Both the position numbers and the translations under genes were made by a program. DNA of 5,880 bases from Escherichia coli (lineage in GTDB: Bacteria > Pseudomonadota > Gammaproteobacteria > Enterobacterales > Enterobacteriaceae): the NCBI RefSeq assembly GCF_030013595.1, contig NZ_CP122773.1. One strand, 5' to 3'. The notes below the pieces were generated by a model. That model searched no databases. It saw only the letters and a program-made list of their open reading frames with translations, and was not told where the DNA came from. Below, piece by piece: positions 1 through 5,567 of the stretch (its first letter is position 1; the number at the start of each line of letters is the position of its first letter).

Positions 1-1554
1 ATGATAGTTAAATTTCATGCCAGGGGAAAAGGTGGTGGCAGTGGTCCGGTTGATTACCTGCTGGGGAGGGAGCGTAACCGCGAAGGCGCAACGGTGCTTC
101 AGGGTAATCCGGAAGAAGTCCGGGAACTCATCGATGCCACGCCATTTGCGAAGAAATACACGTCCGGTGTTCTGTCGTTCGCGGAGAAGGAGCTGCCGCC
201 GGGAGGACGTGAAAAAGTGATGGCGAGCTTTGAGCGTGTACTGATGCCCGGTCTCGAAAAAAATCAGTACAGCATCCTGTGGGTGGAGCACCAGGACAAG
301 GGACGGCTTGAGCTGAATTTTGTCATTCCGAACATGGAGCTACAGACCGGAAAACGCCTCCAGCCGTACTACGACCGCGCAGACAGGCCTAGAATTGATG
401 CCTGGCAGACGCTGGTAAATCACCATTACGGGCTGCATGACCCGAACGCCCCGGAGAACCGCAGGACGCTGACACTCCCTGATAACCTGCCTGAAACGAA
501 ACAGGCGCTTGCTGAGGGCGTCACGCGAGGTATAGATGCACTTTACCATGCCGGAGAGATAAAAGGCCGTCAGGATGTGATTCAGGCGCTCACTGAGGCG
601 GGGCTGGAAGTGGTCAGGGTGACGCGAAGCAGTATCAGCATTGCAGATCCGAACGGCGGGAAGAATATCAGGCTGAAAGGAGCATTTTATGAGCAATCTT
701 TTGCAGACGGGCGCGGAGTTCGAGAAAAAGCTGAAAGAGAGAGCCGAATCTACAGAGAAAATGCTGAACAACGAGTTCAGGAGGCTCGGCGAATCTGTAA
801 GCGAGGCTGTGACATCAAACGAGACGAAAATCAGAGACGCTATAGCCCTGTTCACAGCCTCGACAGAGGAATCGCTGGAAAAACACCGGGAAGGGGTGAA
901 AGAGGCGATGATGCAGCACAGGAGGGACGTGTTAAAGCTGGCAGGGAATACGGGCATGATGTTACTGGGGATAGTCTTTCTCCTGTTTACCGCGAGTGGC
1001 GGGACGCTCTGGTATCTTGGAGGGAGGATACAGGCGAACCTGGAAGAAATCAGGAAGCAGGAAGAGACATTGCAGAAACTGAACGCGAAGACATGGGGCG
1101 TGGAGTTTGTGCAGGACGGGAACAGGAAATTCCTTGTCCTTCCGTACGGGAAATCAGCGGAGGTGATTCCCTTTCAGGGGAAAGAGTGGGTACATCTGAA
1201 GGAGTGACACAGAGTGACAGAGCTGGAAACACATTTGCTGAACGCCTTAGAGCAGCTGCAACAGGACTATATGCAGCGGCTGAGCGAATGGGAGAGCGCC
1301 TTCGTGGAATTGCAGAAGATGTTTTCGCTTACGCAACGGGACAACGCGATGCTGAACGAGCGGGTCATGCAGTTGAGTCAGCAGGTGCAGCACTTGAGCG
1401 AGCAGACAGAACGCTTGAGCCAGTTATACAGCGAGAACTGGAGATAAGAGAGGAACGGCTGATACAGGAGCGCGAACATGTGTTATCCCTGGAACGGGAG
1501 CGTCAGCCGGAAATACAGGAACGCACGCTGGATGGCCCTTCGCTGGGATGGTGA
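1..1554 (+). CDS. mbeA: Mobilization relaxase MbeA (ColE1-type)
   Basis: 517-aa ORF starting at ATG at base 1; N-terminus MIVKFHARGKGGGSGPVDYLL and overall sequence match my recollection of ColE1 MbeA; GC-rich backbone composition; mbeB and mbeD nested in an alternate frame as in ColE1. Confidence 0.9.
   Translation: MIVKFHARGKGGGSGPVDYLLGRERNREGATVLQGNPEEVRELIDATPFAKKYTSGVLSFAEKELPPGGREKVMASFERVLMPGLEKNQYSILWVEHQDKGRLELNFVIPNMELQTGKRLQPYYDRADRPRIDAWQTLVNHHYGLHDPNAPENRRTLTLPDNLPETKQALAEGVTRGIDALYHAGEIKGRQDVIQALTEAGLEVVRVTRSSISIADPNGGKNIRLKGAFYEQSFADGRGVREKAERESRIYRENAEQRVQEARRICKRGCDIKRDENQRRYSPVHSLDRGIAGKTPGRGERGDDAAQEGRVKAGREYGHDVTGDSLSPVYREWRDALVSWREDTGEPGRNQEAGRDIAETEREDMGRGVCAGREQEIPCPSVREISGGDSLSGERVGTSEGVTQSDRAGNTFAERLRAAATGLYAAAERMGERLRGIAEDVFAYATGQRDAERAGHAVESAGAALERADRTLEPVIQRELEIREERLIQEREHVLSLERERQPEIQERTLDGPSLGW
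689..1207 (+). CDS. mbeB: Mobilization protein MbeB, encoded inside mbeA in a different frame
   Basis: 172-aa ORF; ATG at 689 preceded by AAGGAG (677-682); hydrophobic segment MMLLGIVFLLFTASGGTLWYL; same nested arrangement and length as ColE1 mbeB. Confidence 0.8.
   Translation: MSNLLQTGAEFEKKLKERAESTEKMLNNEFRRLGESVSEAVTSNETKIRDAIALFTASTEESLEKHREGVKEAMMQHRRDVLKLAGNTGMMLLGIVFLLFTASGGTLWYLGGRIQANLEEIRKQEETLQKLNAKTWGVEFVQDGNRKFLVLPYGKSAEVIPFQGKEWVHLKE
1214..1447 (+). CDS. mbeD: Mobilization protein MbeD, nested in mbeA frame-shifted
   Basis: 77-aa ORF with GTG start at 1214, GGAG at 1201-1204; begins 7 nt after the mbeB stop; position and size fit ColE1 mbeD. Confidence 0.7.
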   Translation: MTELETHLLNALEQLQQDYMQRLSEWESAFVELQKMFSLTQRDNAMLNERVMQLSQQVQHLSEQTERLSQLYSENWR

Positions 1555-1559
1555 AACCA

Positions 1560-1730
1560 TGAAAAATGGCAGGTTCATTGGATTAAGGCGGACTAATGTG
1601 CTCTGTGCCATCTGGTTGCATAGGTATTCATACGGTTAAAATTTATCAGGCGCGATCGCGGCAGTTTTTCGGGTGGTTTGTTGCTATTTTTACCTGTCTG
1701 CTGCCGTGATCGCGCTGAACGCGTTTTAGC
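1560..1730. promoter_or_regulatory. cer-like accessory sequences (ArgR/PepA binding region) of the multimer-resolution site
   Basis: ARG-box-like TGCATAGGTATTCATA at 1617-1632, about 100 bp from the Xer core as in ColE1 cer; the stretch matches my recollection of the ColE1 cer accessory sequence almost base for base; contains inverted repeat 1649-1664 / 1701-1715. Confidence 0.65.
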
Positions 1731-1759
1731 GGTACGTACAAACTGTTGTTATGTTAAAT
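1731..1759 (+). other. XerC/XerD core recombination site (cer-like, variant central region)
   Basis: GGTACGTACAA (1731-1741; 10/11 to cer XerC arm GGTGCGTACAA), 7-bp central ACTGTTG (1742-1748), TTATGTTAAAT (1749-1759; identical to the dif XerD arm, 10/11 to cer TTATGGTAAAT). Confidence 0.7.
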
Positions 1760-1781
1760 ACTGATGGGCTTTCCTGATTGA

Positions 1782-2696
1782 TTATCCGAAGATCAATCCC
1801 CAAACACTTTTAGCTACAGAAACAATGGCTTTCTTGGCGACTTTAGCCACTGACGCTATTGGTTTAGGTAGTACGGTGTCTATTATATCATCAATAGCTC
1901 TATCTACGGTGTCTGCGAACCCGTCCTTTGCCGTTTCTACAATTTCTTTTGTTTTTATTTCGTCTTTTACTTGATGCACCACTCCGCTCTGTGCTTCCTT
2001 TGGGAGCGATCTTACTATTGCCTCCACTAACCTTGAAATGTTATAACCTTCATTCGCAGATACAGATATAACGGGATGTTTGGTAAAACCGAATCGTTCT
2101 ATTAAGTATTCTTCCTTTTTTCTAATATTTATTTGTTGTGAGGGTGATGGTTGGTGTTTTTCTTCATCCCATTCGCGGAATGGCTCAATCTTGTCGACTT
2201 GGTTTAAAACAAACAACACTTTTTCATCACCACCAACTGGTTTTAAAACATTTTTATAAAAGTGCTCATCAGCTGAAAATGCTCGATCATCACCTTTAAC
2301 AACCCAAAGCACCAGATCTAATTCTGGGAGAAGATTTTTATACAACTCTTCATATTCTATATCTTTAGCTTCATTTTCACCTACACCTGGTATATCTATT
2401 ATTTTAATTGTTCTATCACCAAATGAAATTATTAATTCCTGAACCTTTCTCGTGCATGCTTCTACATCACTCACTGCACATACATTACCTTTAAAGATAG
2501 AATTACATAGGCTGGATTTACCAGCGCCGGTTTTACCCATAATCCCTATTACTGGTTCGTAATTAATAACATTTCTAATTTTGTTATAGACAGACTTGCG
2601 AATCTCTTTAGGTAGAACATCCACAGCTTCTTTGATTAATTTTATACCTTGCGTATTGTTTTCCATAGTTACTATTTTCCTCATTTTGTTGTTCAT
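1782..2696 (-). CDS. P-loop GTPase, YfjP/YeeP/YkfA-like (50S ribosome-binding GTPase / MMR_HSR1-type domain)
   Basis: Walker A GKTGAGKS (nt 2514-2537, minus), G3 DIPGVGE, G4-like NQVDK; stretch VIGIMGKTGAGKSSLCN...DxPGVGE...LDLVLW resembles E. coli prophage GTPases YfjP/YkfA as I recall them. Start is ambiguous: ATG at 2696 lies 5 nt after the upstream gene stop; ATG at 2666 has an AGGAA 9 nt upstream; the track's ATG at 2753 gives a K/R-rich extension overlapping the upstream gene and has no SD. Confidence 0.8.
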   Translation of the reverse strand: MNNKMRKIVTMENNTQGIKLIKEAVDVLPKEIRKSVYNKIRNVINYEPVIGIMGKTGAGKSSLCNSIFKGNVCAVSDVEACTRKVQELIISFGDRTIKIIDIPGVGENEAKDIEYEELYKNLLPELDLVLWVVKGDDRAFSADEHFYKNVLKPVGGDEKVLFVLNQVDKIEPFREWDEEKHQPSPSQQINIRKKEEYLIERFGFTKHPVISVSANEGYNISRLVEAIVRSLPKEAQSGVVHQVKDEIKTKEIVETAKDGFADTVDRAIDDIIDTVLPKPIASVAKVAKKAIVSVAKSVWGLIFG

Positions 2697-2701
2697 ATGA
2701 A

Positions 2702-3136
2702 TTAACGGAAGCTTGTTTTTCTTTCTTCTTTTTCTTCCCCGCATACAGAACATTTGTAATGGCGATAGGTATCAGAACTCCCACTAAGATACCAATTGTG
2801 TCTTTTACCATGAACTCGCTCTGTAAAACATCTCACGCATCTTTCTTTCACATTGCAATAATCATCGACTGCAATTTCAACAAATCTTTCATGCCTTTCG
2901 CCTTCTTGTTCAGCGCCACAGTCGATACACTTTTTTACAGTTGTGCACTTGAAATCGTATTTATAATTTTCCTCTCCGTATTTATGCTGTTCTTTTTGTA
3001 TAGTGCGATTGCAGTCAGGGCATAGTTTAGAATATTTACAAGTCTCACCATCAATAAGCTTATAGTTTCCTCCGTGTATACCTACCCCACACTTAGCCTT
3101 GATTGCTGCATTTTTTATGCTATCCCAAAAGCCCAT
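2702..3136 (-). CDS. Cysteine-rich putative zinc-binding protein (three tandem C-x5-C-x2-C...H modules plus terminal CxxC)
   Basis: 144-aa ORF; SD GGGAG 8 nt upstream of ATG at 3136; 12 Cys; C33-x5-C39-x2-C42, C64-x5-C70-x2-C73, C94-x5-C100-x2-C103 with periodicity ~30 aa, each followed by His, and C129-x2-C132; AT-rich like neighbours. Confidence 0.75.
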   Translation of the reverse strand: MGFWDSIKNAAIKAKCGVGIHGGNYKLIDGETCKYSKLCPDCNRTIQKEQHKYGEENYKYDFKCTTVKKCIDCGAEQEGERHERFVEIAVDDYCNVKERCVRCFTERVHGKRHNWYLSGSSDTYRHYKCSVCGEEKEERKTSFR

Positions 3137-3181
3137 GGAAAAATCTCCCTACGATTAGTTGATATAAGTTGAACAATTCAT

Positions 3182-3225
3182 CGACATGATTATACACGTA
3201 TAGTGTGTGGATATATAAAAATGAG
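3182..3225 (-). promoter_or_regulatory. Candidate sigma70 promoter for the zinc-ribbon/GTPase operon
   Basis: Perfect TATAAT on the minus strand (complement of 3189-3194) about 46 nt upstream of the 3136 start codon; -35 is weak (TATATA-like); AT-rich intergenic region. Confidence 0.3.
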
Positions 3226-3363
3226 TATGGATTTATGCTCTGTATAATGTTGTTGTTATATTAAATATAGAGCTGAAAAAGTGGGGGCACTGGATAAACT
3301 TCGTGTTTTTCCCGCAAAGATAGTATTGGAAAGTCATTGTCTAATTCATCCAAGATAAATATT

Positions 3364-4176
3364 TTACGAATTTGTGAGTTTGCTTGAGATTTTTATATAT
3401 TCAGCCTTTATTAACTCATTGCCATATTTTTTCTCGAGCCTTTTAACAATGAAATGACCTCGAGCCATATCTTGATAATAGTCGGTAAACATTGTGTTTA
3501 ATGTGGCTCCAGTTAGTGCTCCAATAACGGGAACGACTTGAGCTGCCATTTTTTCCGTAATAACTATACCAAATCTTGTTGCAACTTTTTCTATTAACGA
3601 AGCTAACCATTTTCCTGTTTGTACTGAAGATGCGTTTTTGACAGCAATGTTAGAAATTTCTTTGGATAAATCTTGTACGATCTCGGCAGTCAAACTTCTT
3701 GTTGCATAGTATGCAGTATTAGCTGCATCATCGTCATCAGATGGTCCTCCCAAGGAAAACACCTCTAAGCAGGCCAGTTTGGTATCAATATTATCTAGCT
3801 CAAAACCTTCACTTCTTGCTATGTCAGCAATTGAACGAAGCATAATTGTCGTTGAAACCGGTAACTCAATTGCTAATGCAGAAAAGCCAAAAGCGCCACC
3901 AATGGCTCCAGATACGGCCGCAAAGAATTTATTTGTCTTAGTTGATGCTATTCGGTTAGGTTCATTGTCTAGACTCCATAAGGCTGCATCAGCAGCTTTG
4001 TGGAGAGATTTTTCTACTAGACTATAAATTTGCTCTTCTGCCCCTTTGGGAAGTTTACTCATTAAGTAATCTATTGGGGTTCCAACTAATTGGGTTAATG
4101 TTTCAGTAATTGTATCTTGTTCTAATAATTCTACGGCCCTTTCTAAAGCCCGCAGATCTCCTTCTTCAAGATGCAT
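3364..4176 (-). CDS. Hypothetical protein, possibly EcsC-family-like
   Basis: 270-aa ORF; AAGGA 8 nt upstream of ATG at 4176; Gly/Ala-rich hydrophobic segments (AAVSGAIGGAFGFSALAIELPV, VVPVIGALTGATLNTMF), acidic patch GGPSDDDD; overall impression matches EcsC-family proteins but this is from memory, not a search. Confidence 0.7.
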   Translation of the reverse strand: MHLEEGDLRALERAVELLEQDTITETLTQLVGTPIDYLMSKLPKGAEEQIYSLVEKSLHKAADAALWSLDNEPNRIASTKTNKFFAAVSGAIGGAFGFSALAIELPVSTTIMLRSIADIARSEGFELDNIDTKLACLEVFSLGGPSDDDDAANTAYYATRSLTAEIVQDLSKEISNIAVKNASSVQTGKWLASLIEKVATRFGIVITEKMAAQVVPVIGALTGATLNTMFTDYYQDMARGHFIVKRLEKKYGNELIKAEYIKISSKLTNS

Positions 4177-4329
4177 ATAATGAATCCTTTATGAATCAAT
4201 CGATAGTCTACTTTTGTAAGTGATTCGTCTTGGGAGCTTACCTTGAGCGAGTTCAGTGATTCAATAGGCGAGATGCCGACATCATTGTTGTCTGTGAAGC
4301 AGGAGTGATGAAAAGATCAAAGGATCCTC

Positions 4330-4358
4330 TTGTGATCCTTTTTTTCTGCGCGTAATCT
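4330..4358 (+). promoter_or_regulatory. RNA II (replication primer) promoter
   Basis: -35 TTGTGA (4330-4335), 17-bp spacer, -10 TAATCT (4353-4358); aligns with the pMB1 P2 region (TTGAGA...GTAATCT). Confidence 0.7.
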
Positions 4359-4367
4359 GCTGCCTGT

Positions 4368-4475
4368 AAACAAAAAAACCACCGCTACCAACGGTGGTTT
4401 GTTTGCCGGATCAAGAGCTACCAACTCTTTTTCCGAAGGTAACTGGCTTGGTGGAGCACAGATACCAAATACTGT
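4368..4475 (-). ncRNA. RNA I antisense copy-number control RNA (108 nt)
   Basis: Reverse complement of 4368-4475 reads ACAGTATTTGGTATCTGTGCTCCACCAAGCCAGTTACC...CCACCGTTGGTAGCGGTGGTTTTTTTGTTT, i.e. the canonical three stem-loop RNA I with terminal hairpin plus U-run; differs from pMB1 in loop-proximal bases. Confidence 0.85.
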
Positions 4476-4483
4476 CCTTCTAG

Positions 4484-4511
4484 TGTAGCCGCAGTTAGGC
4501 CACCACTTCAA
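4484..4511 (-). promoter_or_regulatory. RNA I promoter
   Basis: On the minus strand, -35 TTGAAG (complement of 4506-4511) and -10 CTACAC (complement of 4484-4489), 8 nt upstream of the RNA I 5' end; same arrangement as pMB1. Confidence 0.6.
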
Positions 4512-5149
4512 GAACTCTTAATATCTCAATCCACCTTGTCCAGTTACCAGTGGCTGCTGCCAGTGGCGCTTTGTCGTGTCTTACCGGGTTGGACTCAAGA
4601 CGATAGTTACCGGATAAGGCGCAGCGGTCGGGCTGAACGGGGGGTTCGTGCACACAGCCCAGCTTGGAGCGAACGACCTACACCGAACTGAGATACCAAC
4701 AGCGTGAGCTATGAGAAAGCGCCACGCTTCCCGAAGGGAGAAAGGCGGACAGGTATCCGGTAATCGGCAGGGTCGGAACAGGAGAGCGCACGAGGGAGCC
4801 ACCAGGGGGAAACGCCTGGTATCTTTAAGTCCTGTCGGGTTTCGCCACCTCTGACTTGAGCGTCAATTTTTGTGATGCTCGTCAGGGGGGCGGAGCCTAT
4901 GGAAAAACGCCAGGGGCGCGGCCTTTTTCCTGGTTTTGCCTTTTTGCTCACATGTTCTTTCCGGCCTTATCCCCTGATTCTGTGGGTAACCGCATTACCG
5001 TCTCTGAGTGAGCTGATACCGCTCGCCGCAGCCGAACGACCGAGCGCAGCGAGTCAGTGAGCGAGGAAGCGGAAGAGCGTAGGCATTTGCATTTTCTCCT
5101 TACGCATCTGTGCGGCATTTCACACCGTCCATGGCGCACTTTTCATACA

Positions 5150-5300
5150 ATCCGCACTGATGTCGCATAGTTAAGCCAGTATACACTCCGCTAGCGCTAC
5201 GTGACTGGTTCAGGGCTTCGCCCCGAAACCCCCTGACGCGCCCTGACGGGCTTGTCTGCTCCCGGCATCCGCTCACAGACAAGCTGTGACCGTCTCCGGG
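5150..5300 (-). other. oriT / bom region (ColE1-type), nic site approx. 5175/5176 on the minus strand
   Basis: Minus strand reads ...GTAGCGCTAGCGGAGTGTATACTGGCTTAACTATGCGACA..., near-identical to the pBR322 bom/nic region as recalled; nic position inferred by alignment, not seen directly. Confidence 0.6.
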
Positions 5301-5311
5301 AGCTGCATGTG

Positions 5312-5503
5312 TCAGTGGTTTTCACCGTCATCCCCGAAGCGTGCGAGGCAGCTGCGGTAAAGCTCATCGGCGTGGTCGTGAAGCGATTCACAGATATCTG
5401 CCTGTTCATCCGCGTCCAGTTCGTTGAGCTTCTCCAGCAGCGTTAATGTCTGGCTTCTGATAAAGCGGGCCATGTTAAGGGCGGTTTTTTCCTGTTTTGT
5501 CAC
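5312..5503 (-). CDS. rop: Rop/Rom RNA I-RNA II pairing modulator (63 aa)
   Basis: GTG start at 5503 preceded by GGAGG 5 nt upstream; protein (M)TKQEKTALNMARFIRSQTLTLLEKLNELDADEQADICESLHDHADELYRSCLARFGDDGENH matches pMB1 Rop except the last residue; the 87-aa track ORF is an upstream in-frame extension. Confidence 0.9.
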   Translation of the reverse strand: MTKQEKTALNMARFIRSQTLTLLEKLNELDADEQADICESLHDHADELYRSCLARFGDDGENH

Positions 5504-5567
5504 TGATGCCTCCGTGTAAGGGGGATTTCTGTTCATGGGGGTAATGATACCGATGAAACGCGAGAGG

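Larger units (their letters stand above)
4366..4920 (+). ncRNA. RNA II pre-primer of ColE1-type origin; RNA-DNA transition (ori) near 4920
   Basis: Near-identity over about 550 nt to pMB1/ColE1 RNA II as recalled (GTAAACAAAAAAACCACCGCTACC... through ...GGAAAAACGCCAGGGGCGCGGCC); 5' end placed by alignment to the known RNA II start; 3' end is approximate. Confidence 0.8.

Noticed and set aside
17-220. 67-aa + strand ORF in an alternate frame inside mbeA
   Set aside because: Fully nested in the well-supported mbeA frame, Arg/Ser-rich low-complexity translation typical of off-frame reading of GC-rich coding DNA, and does not correspond to the known nested genes mbeB/mbeD.
340-957. 205-aa minus-strand ORF antisense to mbeA
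   Set aside because: Antisense shadow ORF of a GC-rich gene; Ser/Phe-rich low-complexity product; no start context.
1050-1232. 60-aa minus-strand ORF antisense to mbeA/mbeB
   Set aside because: Antisense shadow ORF with no support.
1559-1639. Short 26-codon + strand ORF (MKNGRFIGLRRTNVLCAIWLHRYSYG) right after mbeA
   Set aside because: Lies within the cer accessory sequences; could correspond to a small mob-region ORF but I cannot support it as coding from sequence alone.
2697-2753. N-terminal extension of the GTPase ORF from the track start at 2753 (MFCMRGRKRRKKNKLPLIH)
   Set aside because: K/R-rich extension overlaps the 3' end of the upstream gene in another frame and has no SD; the ATG at 2696 or 2666 is more plausible. 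Kept as an alternative start, not resolved.
2608-2811. 67-aa minus-strand ORF overlapping the zinc-ribbon/GTPase junction
   Set aside because: Alternate-frame overlap of two better-supported genes; Lys-rich low-complexity product from AT-rich DNA.
2759-3025. 88-aa + strand ORF antisense to the zinc-ribbon gene
   Set aside because: Antisense to a gene with a strong SD and a clear motif architecture; hydrophobic low-complexity translation expected from AT-rich antisense DNA.
3779-4027. 82-aa + strand ORF antisense to the EcsC-like gene
   Set aside because: Antisense shadow ORF; no independent support.
4170-4199. Weak Xer-like site GATGCATATAA-TGAATCCT-TTATGAATCAA at the right cargo boundary
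   Set aside because: XerC-like arm is 8/11 to dif but the XerD-like arm is only 6/11, and it overlaps the EcsC-like start codon and SD; consistent with chance in AT-rich DNA.
4317-5446. Eight small track ORFs (4317-4511, 4581-4802, 4709-4951, 4872-5060, 4948-5139, 5100-5282, 5197-5409, 5252-5446) across the ori/oriT/rop region
   Set aside because: They overlap the RNA I/RNA II genes, the replication origin, oriT and rop in alternate frames or antisense; this region is highly conserved non-coding or rop-coding DNA in ColE1-family plasmids.
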